A stretch of DNA of 64,000 nt from Candidatus Bathyarchaeota archaeon (GCA_963733095.1 CAVTBV010000012.1:160001-224000), one strand, 5' to 3'. Numbered from the stretch's first letter, positions 49,868 through 60,121 are shown. Notes: generated by a model not told the origin, from the letters alone. Numbers and translations: made by a program.

Positions 49868-50971
49868 ATGGCAGAAAAAGACCTAGGATACAGACGCGTT
49901 CAATGCACAGGCAGGGGCTCATACATAATCTCGCTCCCAAAAGAATGGGTTGAAGACATAGGATTAGGCAGAGGCAGCGAAATCGCTTTCAACATCCAAC
50001 CCGACTCCACCCTAACCTTGGTACCGCGAGTAATTATGGAGAAAGAGGGCAGAGAAAACGGTGCCAAACCCAAAGAATACTGCGTAACCGTCGACCCCAA
50101 AGAACCACTACAATCCACCCTACGCATGATCCGCGCGTTGTACACAATAGGCGCCGACATCATAAGAGTCCGTTTCAAAAGCATCCAAGACACTGCCAAA
50201 TACAAAAACAACATAACAACCCTCGCACGCGACAATTTCTTGGGTTCAGAAGTAATCGATGAAACTCAATACGAAATCACACTTCAAATCCTAATCAAAC
50301 ACTCAGAATTCCCTATAGAAAAAGCCGTCAGACGCATGGCAATCGTCGCCCTTGCAGCAAACAGAGACGCCATCGCCGCCCTAAAAGATCGAAGCACAAC
50401 CCTATTTGACAGCGTAATTAACGCCCACAACGACGTAAACCGGCTCGGTCTATACATCGTCCGCCAACTCAAACATGGCATAGAACGAAACCTCTACCGT
50501 GAACTGGGCTTTAAAACACCCAAAGAATTTCTTCTCTACCGCATAGCCGTAAACGATATAGAAAGCATAGCGCAAAACGCCATAAACATAATAAACCACC
50601 TCGGCGCACTCCAAAAACTAATCGACAGCGAAACCCTCTTCATAAAAGATCCCATAGACGAAGAAATCTACAACCAACTCGTATACTTTAGCACCCAAGC
50701 CCATCAACTCTACGATGATGCCATCAAAGCACTCTTCAAACGAGAGTACAAGGAAGCAGAAAGATTAATCTCCAAACGCGAAGCACTCTGCTCACTGGAA
50801 AACGAATTAATCATGCTAATGTCAAGCAAGAAACTGGACCCAAACATTGCCTCCGGACTTCGCTTAATCTTTGACAGCTCAAGACGCATAATGGACTACA
50901 GCAAAAACATGGCAGAACTAACCCTCAATCGAACTGTAGAAGAAATCTGTTCAACACTAACCTACAAATAA
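49868..50971 (+). CDS. AbrB-PhoU family phosphate uptake regulator
   Basis: RRVQ.TGRGSYIISLPKEW AbrB domain; PhoU repeats (DVNRL, DIESIA). Confidence 0.88.
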   Translation: MAEKDLGYRRVQCTGRGSYIISLPKEWVEDIGLGRGSEIAFNIQPDSTLTLVPRVIMEKEGRENGAKPKEYCVTVDPKEPLQSTLRMIRALYTIGADIIRVRFKSIQDTAKYKNNITTLARDNFLGSEVIDETQYEITLQILIKHSEFPIEKAVRRMAIVALAANRDAIAALKDRSTTLFDSVINAHNDVNRLGLYIVRQLKHGIERNLYRELGFKTPKEFLLYRIAVNDIESIAQNAINIINHLGALQKLIDSETLFIKDPIDEEIYNQLVYFSTQAHQLYDDAIKALFKREYKEAERLISKREALCSLENELIMLMSSKKLDPNIASGLRLIFDSSRRIMDYSKNMAELTLNRTVEEICSTLTYK

Positions 50972-50995
50972 CCTATTTTTTTAAAAAAATAGTAG

Positions 50996-51070
50996 TGCTC
51001 CGGCCGGGATTTGGACCCGGGTCGCCGACTCGAGAGGCCGGCATACTTGACCGGACTATACTACCGGAGC
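50996..51070 (-). tRNA. tRNA-Glu (anticodon CTC), intronless, CCA not encoded; atypical T-loop
   Basis: GCTCCGG..CCGGAGC-A acceptor; anticodon arm CCGGC-CTCTCGA-GTCGG; T arm CCGGG-TCCAAAT-CCCGG. Confidence 0.93.
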
Positions 51071-52126
51071 TCGGGAAAGATGGTTCTCTATTAGAAATAA
51101 ATAGGTTTTGTAGCCTTGAATGCTAAACGATAAAAAGCAAATGGGTACCTTGCTGTTTATAGTTGTAGTAGCTTGGGGTGCCTTTTTTGACTGTGTCAGT
51201 TTGATAAGTTGACGAGATTTGTAGAAGGCAACACCTATTACGATGAAAGTTATGAGGGTGGGTAAATATGAGGGTAGTTCAAGGCCAAAGCTTTCCGCAA
51301 GCATGAATAAGCCAAGAAATCCAATTGAAGTCAAGGCACCGTTTTTGAGGTACTTGTATTTGCCAATAGTGTCAATACCTTTGATGGTTAGTTCTCTAAC
51401 CACAAGGGCCCCAACGCCTAGACCTATGAGGATTAGCAGGAGATTTATGGTAAAGGCAAATGCTCCTACCACACCGTCAAAGCTGAATGTTGTATCTAAC
51501 ACTTCAAGATAAACAAATTTAGAAAGATCACTCAATCCATTTGCCCCTGTCGTCATATTACGTTCGCTTGACTCCGCTGTTTCCTTCAAGCCGTACAGTA
51601 TGAAGAAGGTAGCACTTCCTATAGCCGCCGCAAGCATAACCATCGAGTTTGCACGTGCCAGATACATAATCACTGCAAGTGAGATGGCTGCAAAGGCAAA
51701 GAACCAAACGCCATGTTTCTCTTTAAGATATCTTTCGATGAAGAGGGGCTCTTTCTTTTCAAGAAATAGCCAATGCGAATATAAATACATTAGAAAAACG
51801 CCTCCGAACATTAATATTATTGGTTTTTGTAGTTCGATGGCTTTTGCCGCTATGTCGCTCTGTCCTGAGAATGCCAAGAATATGTCTGGCAAACTCATGT
51901 TAGGAACAGAAACCCAAACGATCAGTAAGGGCAACAAAAATCTAACAAGGAACACTGAGGATACGATGCCGATTAAGAGGAACCGTTTGCGCCAGATCAA
52001 GCCCATAGTTTTTAGAACGGAGGCGTTAACTACAGCATTGTCTACGCTGTTGACAACTTCAAACACTATCAGCCCAAGTACTATTGCAATTTCCTCAACT
52101 AAGGACAATTTCGAAATTACACCCAA
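51056..52126 (-). CDS. TerC-like DUF475 membrane protein
   Basis: E...SVDNAVVNA..L..M...W..RFL..G, YLEVLD..FSFDGVVGAFA, YL.NGA. Confidence 0.9.
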   Translation of the reverse strand: MGVISKLSLVEEIAIVLGLIVFEVVNSVDNAVVNASVLKTMGLIWRKRFLLIGIVSSVFLVRFLLPLLIVWVSVPNMSLPDIFLAFSGQSDIAAKAIELQKPIILMFGGVFLMYLYSHWLFLEKKEPLFIERYLKEKHGVWFFAFAAISLAVIMYLARANSMVMLAAAIGSATFFILYGLKETAESSERNMTTGANGLSDLSKFVYLEVLDTTFSFDGVVGAFAFTINLLLILIGLGVGALVVRELTIKGIDTIGKYKYLKNGALTSIGFLGLFMLAESFGLELPSYLPTLITFIVIGVAFYKSRQLIKLTQSKKAPQATTTINSKVPICFLSFSIQGYKTYLFLIENHLSRAPVV

Positions 52127-52382
52127 CTATGAACTGATGTGCAAAACCGTTTTAATAAACAAGCTCTTGGCTATTTGGCCATAAACTGAGAGATCTAAGA
52201 TTTCAATATGTTCTTTTAAAAGAAGGTCCTATGTTCGCTACAGATTTGGATCTCCTATTAGAAATTCCTTGAAAAGCTTTAGAGAACCAGACAAATCTCA
52301 GGTGGTACGTCTATAGTTGGTTTTCAGGTCATTTACAACGCTAAAAACAGTCTAAAAATAATAGAAAGAGGTTTGAACCGTA

Positions 52383-52784
52383 TTATGAGCTGATTCTTTT
52401 TATTATCCAAGTATGAGTAGCGGTTTTTTCCATGAAAACGGCGATTTTGTTTTCGCCCACCGTCATACACAGTACCTTAACGGTTTTGCCCTCTACCAAA
52501 ACGCTTTTTATTTCTTCCATGTTGAATTGGTTTGCAATTTCGCTGCTTGACTCCGAGATTTGAGATGTTAAGATTGCGTAATCGATTATTTTGTCTTGTT
52601 CGGTTAAGTCGATTATGGCTGAGGTGTCGCTCCTTAGTATGTAACCGTTGATGCCGTTGAGTTTGCGTATTTCGGCTAAACTGGTCGATAGACTTGCGAA
52701 TTCGGCGTTTTCGTCTCCGACTGAAATAATTGGTGCAGTGTCAGAAAGCTCTGGCGCGATTTCTACGTAAGTTTTTTGTTTCAC
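52383..52784 (-). CDS. Roadblock/LC7-like protein
   Basis: L.EI....GI.GYIL......II...A......S.......F....I....VEG............IAVF pattern. Confidence 0.7.
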   Translation of the reverse strand: MKQKTYVEIAPELSDTAPIISVGDENAEFASLSTSLAEIRKLNGINGYILRSDTSAIIDLTEQDKIIDYAILTSQISESSSEIANQFNMEEIKSVLVEGKTVKVLCMTVGENKIAVFMEKTATHTWIIKRISS

Positions 52785-52797
52785 AGTTATTCCTCGC

Positions 52798-53667
52798 TTA
52801 TTCTATTACTGGCTTAACCATGACCAGGTTGCCTTTTTCAGTTTGCAGGGTTTGGAGGATTTTCTCCGGGATTTGGATTACGCCTTTGGAGTTGTTTTTT
52901 GCATCCTTTATGGCTTTGAATTTGCATGTGGTTTTTTTGCCGTCTAATGCTTCAATGTTGACCGTTGTAATTTGTTTGCCGTCGTAGATTTCGTTCCATT
53001 TCGCAATAACGTCGGCCTTGATTCGGACAGTGTCAGCGGCAACAAGTAGGCCTCCGATTTTTTCCACCATGAACTGGTTTATTGGTGTGGATGGAAGAAT
53101 CGGTTCAATGGGTTCTTGCGGTTCACTGATGGGTTCGATGGTTGGTTCGGTGATAGATTCAGTCGTTGGTTCGGTGATAGATTCAGTCGTTGGTTCGGTG
53201 ATAGATTCAGTCGTTGGTTCATCTTCAACTGGAAAAACCGTTTCTTCAGTCAGTTTCTCTTCAGGTTGGAGAACTTGCGGCACAGGTTTTTCTTTGGGCG
53301 AAGACACAATTTGGTCCACAAGCCGCACAACTGTTGGAATCAAAACATGAGTTAAAGACTTAATGATTTCTTGGTTTGCTGCCCGCGTGGAAACTGTTGC
53401 CAGAAAAAGGTTATCCATAGCTGAGATGTTTAGTTGGCTGTCGGCAGCTTGAATGGTCAGGTCTTCTATGCCGCCGATGCTTTGAGCCTGCGATGCTATG
53501 CTGCCGAAGTGTAGGATGAGTTTTCTGGTTTGGTCTTCGGTTGTGGCTTCTGTGTTGGCGATGGTTTCGCCGTTGTTGTTGAATATCAGGGCGTTGGTGG
53601 TTTCTGGGCTTATGACTTTGAATTCATCTAGAACCGTTTGAAGCGGGTTCGAGCAAGCCTCGGTCAC
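52798..53667 (-). CDS. Roadblock-like N-domain + acidic Pro/Thr linker + double-psi-barrel-like C-domain
   Basis: L..VL.EF....P....ALIF...G..IA; C-terminal GVIQIPEKI...L....G..V.VKP. Confidence 0.6.
   Translation of the reverse strand: MTEACSNPLQTVLDEFKVISPETTNALIFNNNGETIANTEATTEDQTRKLILHFGSIASQAQSIGGIEDLTIQAADSQLNISAMDNLFLATVSTRAANQEIIKSLTHVLIPTVVRLVDQIVSSPKEKPVPQVLQPEEKLTEETVFPVEDEPTTESITEPTTESITEPTTESITEPTIEPISEPQEPIEPILPSTPINQFMVEKIGGLLVAADTVRIKADVIAKWNEIYDGKQITTVNIEALDGKKTTCKFKAIKDAKNNSKGVIQIPEKILQTLQTEKGNLVMVKPVIE
53141..53220. repeat. Perfect 24-bp coding tandem repeat x3.3 (EPTTESIT)
   Basis: GTTGGTTCGGTGATAGATTCAGTC at 53141, 53165 and 53189, plus a partial copy. Confidence 0.95.
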
Positions 53668-53690
53668 TGTTTTGTCTCCTTTCTTAGGTC

Positions 53691-54116
53691 CTACGATATT
53701 TTGAATAGGATGCGTTCTGGGACGCCGTTATCTTCCACCACAAGGTACTTGAGGCCGTCAGTGTCGCCGAGTTGGTCAAGCCACTTAAGGGCTTCACGAG
53801 CCTTCTGCAAGACCAACAACCGTTCTTGGTGACTGCGGACCACGGATTCTATGGCCGTTAACTCATGGAAGGGGTTAGCATCCAAAACAATGTTTAGTGT
53901 TCCCACAGTGATTTCGCTTGCGTTCTCAGTTGGGGCTTTTTTGCCCGCCAACTTCATTACGACTTCGCGAACTTTTTTCGATTTTTCCGCCAAAGTGCGG
54001 ATTTCATCGAGTTTTCGCAGGTACTCGCCCAAGACACTTTTGGTTTCGGACAGCTCTTTGTCTAAGTCTTCGGCTATTGCCTGGGCGGATGTGTATTCTT
54101 TGATTTGTGTTACCAT
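53691..54116 (-). CDS. Hypothetical coiled-coil protein
   Basis: Heptad-rich; ATG 54116 after GGAG; operonic with the Roadblock genes. Confidence 0.7.
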   Translation of the reverse strand: MVTQIKEYTSAQAIAEDLDKELSETKSVLGEYLRKLDEIRTLAEKSKKVREVVMKLAGKKAPTENASEITVGTLNIVLDANPFHELTAIESVVRSHQERLLVLQKAREALKWLDQLGDTDGLKYLVVEDNGVPERILFKIS

Positions 54117-54237
54117 GATTTTTCTACTCCTAGATTTATTTGTCAAGAAAATAAAGGAAGGAAAGTTAGGTGAAATTTCAATTCCACCTTACCCCCAAAT
54201 TTATAGGTTATCTCAAGTATTGCTTATTGTGTGGTGC

Positions 54238-54727
54238 TTAAGAGCAGCGTATGGTCGCGGTGTAGGTTATTGTGTTACCTTTTGCAGTCATTATTTTTAT
54301 ATGATATTGTGCGGCGTCAGCTAAAAGCAGTTCCTGACATCAGAGCGACTGTGTAATCGTGACACGTACGGTACTGCCTTTAGCTAATGACGACAGCATC
54401 TCCTAAGACCCACCATCAGCATTATTGCGTTTGCATAGTGCGCACTGTTTCCATCAATAGTCTGAGATGAAATGTTACTGAAGAGATCCGGTATTCTGAA
54501 TTGTGACACAGCTAAGCATCGCCAGGGCTATTAGTTTGATCAGCATAATTCAACATTTGTTACTTGTTACTTGTTCTGCGTTTCCCATAAGACCGATGGT
54601 CATCCCTCCCATCCATGCAGCAACGACAACGCTGACTGCGACGGTAACGGCGATTAAGATGATTGATGCGACTACGGGGCTTAGTGCTTTCGAGTTTTTC
54701 TTTATTTTTCTTATGATATGTGTTCAT
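54238..54727 (-). pseudogene. Archaeal type IV pilin (class III signal peptide), multiply frameshifted as given
   Basis: KIKKNSKA|LSPVVASIILIAVTVAVSVVVAAWMGG; later out-of-frame pieces VTIQNTG and IMTAKGNTITYTAT. Confidence 0.75.
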
Positions 54728-54893
54728 TTTCTTTTTTCCTTTTTTGGTCTTGTAATAGGTAATTGTCGTAAATGTTTCTTTTAAATATTACGTCTTACTA
54801 CACAATATTAAAAATAAGTTGAACACAACTACAACACCCAACAAAAAAGCAAAAAATAAAAGAAAAGAACGGCTACAAGCCATCCACAAAAAA

Positions 54894-55235
54894 CTAATCT
54901 TTAAGATCCAACTCGTCAAAAAACCCGAGAAGCATCTTGGCCACTTTTTCCCCAAGTTCAGTCTTAACATAGTACTTCTTGAGGGGGTCAATTCGTTCAC
55001 TCTTAGCTAAACCCAGAGATTCGATTTCAATCATCCTGGCCCTAAAGGTGCCATCGCTGAGCGTCAAGTTGTTCTCGCGCATGAAATCTTTTGCATCCTT
55101 CCATTTGCCACGACCAACATGGAGCAGCAGTAGGCAGTCGATGGCATGGTCTTTCTCGAGCATCGATTTTATAGCAGCTATCTTTGGCTCTGTGAGCACA
55201 TGCTTAATCTTATCTTCATCCACATTCTTCACCAT
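54894..55235 (-). CDS. Winged-helix DNA-binding protein
   Basis: LSDGTFRARM.EIE.LGL.........Y..TELG.KVA. Confidence 0.75.
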   Translation of the reverse strand: MVKNVDEDKIKHVLTEPKIAAIKSMLEKDHAIDCLLLLHVGRGKWKDAKDFMRENNLTLSDGTFRARMIEIESLGLAKSERIDPLKKYYVKTELGEKVAKMLLGFFDELDLKD

Positions 55236-55533
55236 TTTTTTAGTCTCCTTTCATTTTGATTGTTATTGGAAAAAGACGTCAAAGCATATAAACTATATTA
55301 CGAAAGACGACACATATCTCCAGACGCCGATCTCCCAAATAAAATTAATTACAACATCACCTTAATAAATATGCAACCAAGCAATCGAAAAACAAATCAA
55401 GCACTAATAAAATTCAATGTAAAAATAGAATCACATGCACAATAATCTTTTAATTACCTAAAAGCCAAAAATTGGATGGCTATTAAATTGCATGATCTAT
55501 TTGTTTTAGGGAAATGCTTAACAGAGCCAGAAA

Positions 55534-56148
55534 TTGCTTACTTCCCTCATGGAAGTTAGAGATGTACCTTTGAACATCGACTATGAAGTTCCAACATGGA
55601 ACCAAATCTACGACATGCTACTCTGCCAAGTCCAAAAAATCAGGCGACAAAACTACCGCCCAGACATCATCGTCGCAGTCGCGCGAGGCGGCACAGTGCC
55701 CGCCCGCATCCTAACCGACCTGCTGGAAACCCCTGCCCTCTGCTTCATCCAAATTGAATTCTACTCTGACATCCAAAAAACCCAACCCCAACCCACTCTA
55801 AAACAAATCCTAACCACACAAATAACAGGCAAAAAAACCCTCTTAGTCGACGACATCGCCGACACAGGAGAAAGCCTAAAACTCGCCCAAACCTACCTCC
55901 AACAGCAAGGCGCCCAACAAATCAAAACCGCCACCCTCTACCAGAAACTCCAAACCGCATTTATTCCAGACTTTTACGAAAAACTAACCACCAGTTGGGT
56001 AGTTTTTCCCTGGGATACAAAGGAAACTCTGCGGAAAATAATTCAAAGGCAGAAGAGTAAGCGAGCAGTAAATCAGGAAGTTACAAAACTCGTAAGAGCA
56101 GGCTTACCCAAACAACTATCCGAGAAACTTTTAAAGGAGATGCAGTGA
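55534..56148 (+). CDS. Purine phosphoribosyltransferase (type I PRTase)
   Basis: IVAVARGG.VPA, LLVDDIADTGESL, WVVFPW. Confidence 0.9.
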   Translation: MLTSLMEVRDVPLNIDYEVPTWNQIYDMLLCQVQKIRRQNYRPDIIVAVARGGTVPARILTDLLETPALCFIQIEFYSDIQKTQPQPTLKQILTTQITGKKTLLVDDIADTGESLKLAQTYLQQQGAQQIKTATLYQKLQTAFIPDFYEKLTTSWVVFPWDTKETLRKIIQRQKSKRAVNQEVTKLVRAGLPKQLSEKLLKEMQ

Positions 56149-56157
56149 GGGACCAAA

Positions 56158-56724
56158 ATGCTTCAGTACATAAAAGAATATGACCAATACGTGGAAATAA
56201 CAGGGTACAGAGGCGTAACGTTCGAGGTAGTAGAAGCCTTCCTAAAGAAAAATCGCAAACAAACAGGACAAGACCTAAACGTGCAATTCTTCGACTCTGA
56301 TCACATCGCAACGCACCAGCATCTGTACTTTGCCGTCCTAAACGCGCTCCAAGCCTTTCAAAACAAAACCAACCACTCAAGAACCCCCGCCATGGAAACC
56401 ATCCTCTACACCTCCGCCCAACGCCAAATACAAAAAGCCATAGAACGCTGCGGAATAAAGCCAAAAACAAAAAACATGGCCCTCACAATCATCGGCGAAG
56501 ACCCAAAACAAATAGAAACCACCCTTGAAGCAGTAACCAAAAGCATCGGCAGCCCTCCCGACGGCACAGTTCTGGAAATGACAAAAACCAAAGCAACAAA
56601 AATCAAAAAAGCCTTCCAAATCACCAAGGAAGAATTAGCTACCGTAATGACTGACGGCGACCAAGACAAAGCAATCGTGAACTTGGTCATTGAGCGAGTT
56701 GCGCTGCTTTCAACTCAGTTTTAA
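56158..56724 (+). CDS. cgi121: KEOPS complex subunit Cgi121
   Basis: QFFD...IA...HL.FA...A, E.ILY.SAQRQI..AI...G, V.ERVAL. Confidence 0.88.
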   Translation: MLQYIKEYDQYVEITGYRGVTFEVVEAFLKKNRKQTGQDLNVQFFDSDHIATHQHLYFAVLNALQAFQNKTNHSRTPAMETILYTSAQRQIQKAIERCGIKPKTKNMALTIIGEDPKQIETTLEAVTKSIGSPPDGTVLEMTKTKATKIKKAFQITKEELATVMTDGDQDKAIVNLVIERVALLSTQF

Positions 56725-57252
56725 TTAAAGCATTTTTTCTTTAACAACCGCCAAGATATCACTGGGCTTTAACAAAGACAAACCAGTTAACGCACCCAAA
56801 ACCTCGATAAGCAAGATTTTGTCAGGGTTCTCAAGGCTAACATTGTTTTTAATATCCCCCGCACCTGCCTCAATCAGGTCTTTTGTGTGGAGGGTAGTGA
56901 AGCGTTTTTCAACTGTAACACGGAAACTTTCATTCTCTCCCAGTTTGGCTGCTAATTCCGCAGTGGCTTTTTTGATTTCCGCCAGATCCGTCTGCACAAC
57001 CTGCTGGATGGGCAGGATTCTTAGGGCGTAGCGGAACTCATAGGGGCGTTCTTTTAGGATGGCGTGGAATTTCTCTATGACCGCGACGGGGTCAAAGGCG
57101 GTTTTGGCTACGATTAAGCCGCGGATTTTTGTCTTAACAGCCTGCGCTTCTGCATCGCCCAGTTCTTCTTTGAGCAGATAGAGTATTTCGTTAATCATCG
57201 GACGCTCGTTTCCTCGGGCAGTGGTTGCTAAAAGGTTAAAGTCGTGTATCAT
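56725..57252 (-). CDS. THUMP-domain protein
   Basis: FNLLAT..RG.E, RILP, SFRVTVEKR, V.LENPD....IEV. Confidence 0.88.
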   Translation of the reverse strand: MIHDFNLLATTARGNERPMINEILYLLKEELGDAEAQAVKTKIRGLIVAKTAFDPVAVIEKFHAILKERPYEFRYALRILPIQQVVQTDLAEIKKATAELAAKLGENESFRVTVEKRFTTLHTKDLIEAGAGDIKNNVSLENPDKILLIEVLGALTGLSLLKPSDILAVVKEKML

Positions 57253-57768
57253 TGCAGTTCTCTCAGGAAGGGAATGAACGTGAACTGTTATTTTTGTTTT
57301 CCCTATACAGGTTGGTGCTTTGGTTATTCTCAAAATTAGCGTTAAATTTCAACATAATAATGAGACTACTTTCAATCGATACGACCACCCATTAGGACTT
57401 TTGCCACCCTTTATCACGTTTCTGCAGAGCCTAAAAGAAGCCCGATTAGCCGAACGCCACAGACAACAGAAGGCGGGTTACGTCCAACACACCAGCCTGA
57501 GGAAAATCTTTACAACGACTCAAAGCCCTCAGAGTAATCGTTTATGCCATATTGAAGGGATTAATGAATGATAAACGTCTAATTGTAATTATAAGTAGGG
57601 ACTACAGTTTTCCTAACCTGTCTTTTTCTTTAGCACTGCAGTGATGGTGCTTTTTTTGGGCGGGTGGTTTATTTAAAAATATCGTCATTGAACTGGACCT
57701 ATTGGGTTGGGAAAATGTGTGCTTTGTTATGTTAATTAAACTAAAAAAGAAAATTAAAGAGGGGAAGT

Positions 57769-59421
57769 TTATTCTTCGCCCATGCCGCCCGGCATTCCGC
57801 CGCCTGGGCCACCTGGACCGCCTTTTGGCGCCTTTGAGGTTATGACGTCGTCGATGCGCAGTATCATAGCTGCTGATTCGGCTGCTGATTTGATTGCTTG
57901 TTCTTTGACAACAATTGGTTCAATTACTCCGTTTTCGATGCTGTTCTGGAGTTTGCCGGTGAACACGTTAATTCCCATATACTTGCCAGATTCTTTGTCG
58001 TGCACTTGCCTTAGTTCGACGAGTATGTCGATTGGCTCAAGTCCTGCGTTTTCTGCGAGTGTGCGTGGGATAACTTCAACTGCGTCTGCGAATGCTTCTA
58101 CTGCGAGTTGTTCGCGTCCGCCGACTTTGGTTGCGTACTTGCGTAGTTCTTTAGCAATTTCGATTTCGACTGCTCCGCCGCCTGCAACGATGCTGTTGTT
58201 TTCTAAAACGTCTGAGACGACTGAAAGGGAGTCGGTTATTGCTCTTTCTGCTTCGTCGACAAGGCGTTCGAGTCCTGCGCGGATAAGGATTGCAACTGAG
58301 TGTGGGTCTTTGCATTTTTCGACGAAAATCATTTTGTCGTCCCCGATTTTGCGTTCGACGACTAAGCCTGCGCTGCCAAGATCTGCTTTCTTTAGGTCAT
58401 CTAAGTCGCTGACTATTCTTCCGCCTGTGGCTCTTGCTAGTTTTTCCATGTCAGATTCTTTTACGCGGCGGGCTGCCATTATGCCTTCTTTGGATAAGAA
58501 GTGCTGTACCATGTCGTCGATGCCTTTTTGGCAGAAGATTACGTCTGCGCCTGAGGCTTTGATTTTTGTAACCATGTCTTGCATCATGTCGGTTTCTTGG
58601 TCGAGGAACGCTTTCATCTGTTTGGGGTCTTTGATGCGGATTTCAGCTGTGATCTCTGTTTTTTCGATTTCTAGGGCTGAATCTAATAGTGCAATCTTTG
58701 CGTTTTCCTTGGTTTTTGGCATGCTGGGGCTGACGACTTCTTTGTCGATGATTATGCCTTGGATAAGTTGAGTTTCAAGAAGGCTCTTGCCTGTTTTCTT
58801 GACGAGTTGGATGTTGTCTATGTCAGCGATTGTTTTGTCTGCGCGTTTCTCTGCGATTTGTTTGACTGCATCGATGGATATTTCTGCTAAGTGGTCTTTT
58901 GCTGAACCCACGGCTTTGCTGCTCATGGAGGTTAATGCAACTCTGAGGAGGGTCTTGCGGTCATTGATGTCTAGGGGCACGGCCATTTTTCCTATGGCTT
59001 CGATTGCCTTTACTGAGGCTTTGCGGTAGCCGCTGACCAATATTGTTGGGTGTATGTTTTGGTCGAGGAGTTCTTCGGCTTTTCTGAGTAATTCGCTTGC
59101 TAATACGACTGCAGATGTTGTTCCATCGCCAACCATGTCATCTTGGGTTTTTGCGATTTCAACCATCATTTTTGCTGCGGGGTGTTCAACGTCGATTTCT
59201 TTCAGGATGGCTGCGCCGTCGTTTGTAATTGTGATGTCGCCTAGGCTGTCGATAAGCATCTTGTCCATGCCTCGTGGACCCAAGGTTGTTTTTAGCACTT
59301 CACCGATTACTCGTGCTGCCATGATGTTGTTTCTTTGGGCTTCTTTACCTCTGCTTCTTGTTGTTCCTTCTTTAAGGATGAGGACTGGTTGTCCTGAACC
59401 CGTTGTTGTTAAATACGCCAT
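57769..59421 (-). CDS. ths: Thermosome subunit (group II chaperonin)
   Basis: TLGPRGMDKM, TNDGA.IL, GDGTT, GGGA.E, ILRIDD, GGM tail. Confidence 0.98.
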   Translation of the reverse strand: MAYLTTTGSGQPVLILKEGTTRSRGKEAQRNNIMAARVIGEVLKTTLGPRGMDKMLIDSLGDITITNDGAAILKEIDVEHPAAKMMVEIAKTQDDMVGDGTTSAVVLASELLRKAEELLDQNIHPTILVSGYRKASVKAIEAIGKMAVPLDINDRKTLLRVALTSMSSKAVGSAKDHLAEISIDAVKQIAEKRADKTIADIDNIQLVKKTGKSLLETQLIQGIIIDKEVVSPSMPKTKENAKIALLDSALEIEKTEITAEIRIKDPKQMKAFLDQETDMMQDMVTKIKASGADVIFCQKGIDDMVQHFLSKEGIMAARRVKESDMEKLARATGGRIVSDLDDLKKADLGSAGLVVERKIGDDKMIFVEKCKDPHSVAILIRAGLERLVDEAERAITDSLSVVSDVLENNSIVAGGGAVEIEIAKELRKYATKVGGREQLAVEAFADAVEVIPRTLAENAGLEPIDILVELRQVHDKESGKYMGINVFTGKLQNSIENGVIEPIVVKEQAIKSAAESAAMILRIDDVITSKAPKGGPGGPGGGMPGGMGEE

Positions 59422-59876
59422 ATTATCATTCCCTACTTTACTAGAACTTGTTTAATTCGGAAATATGCAAAAAGTCAACGGAAATATAAACTTTTACCCT
59501 TAAAATCGCCCTGTCCTTATTTTTAACCCCCGATTTAAATGATAAAAACAAATACATGAGAAGCCTTGTAGGGAACAGAGCACGCTGGAAACAGCGCAAG
59601 CAGTAAATGCTCAACAACATGAAACAAAAAACAACCTAACGTTAACGCAGTAGAGAGCACAATTGAAACTACTGTCTTTTGGTTGTTTTGTATAGTGGGT
59701 TTTGATGGCGATTATCAGAAAAACAAAATCCAGTTACAGAAGGAAACTGATGCTCATCGTTAAAGTTTCTCGGGAGCCACCAAAAAACAGTTGCTCCATA
59801 TAAGGAAAATAATGTGCCCTAAAGCGATATAAAATTGACAGTTAACTAAAATTAAGAAAAACAAGAAAATAAAAAT

Positions 59877-60107
59877 TTAGTAGAAGTTACGGGCTTCTTT
59901 GCGTTTTTCCGCTTCTTCATAGAACCGGAGGACTTCATCGATGATTTCCACGTTAGAGAGCAACATGCGTCTGCAACAGTACCGTTTCAAGCCTAAGCTG
60001 TCCAGCACGTCGCTGGCATTCTCGCCTGTTTTGATTCGGCGTGTGAATTCGTCCCATCGGTCTCCTACGAGTTTGCCGCATGTGAAGCATCTTACGGGGA
60101 TAATCAT
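59877..60107 (-). CDS. rpoN: RNA polymerase subunit Rpo10 (N)
   Basis: [19 protein letters not shown]. Confidence 0.98.
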   Translation of the reverse strand: MIIPVRCFTCGKLVGDRWDEFTRRIKTGENASDVLDSLGLKRYCCRRMLLSNVEIIDEVLRFYEEAEKRKEARNFY

Positions 60108-60121
60108 TTTGTTTTTTCTCC

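Noticed and set aside
51056-51170. DUF475 C-terminal tail overlapping the tRNA-Glu gene
   Set aside because: Non-conserved-looking extension, probably from a lost stop; no evidence of a functional overlap
54503-54784. 93-aa hydrophobic + strand ORF
   Set aside because: Antisense shadow of the pilin N-terminal helix
57782-59455. Long antisense ORFs opposite the thermosome (and similar ones opposite SMC, UbiD and GOGAT)
   Set aside because: Shadow frames of strongly conserved genes
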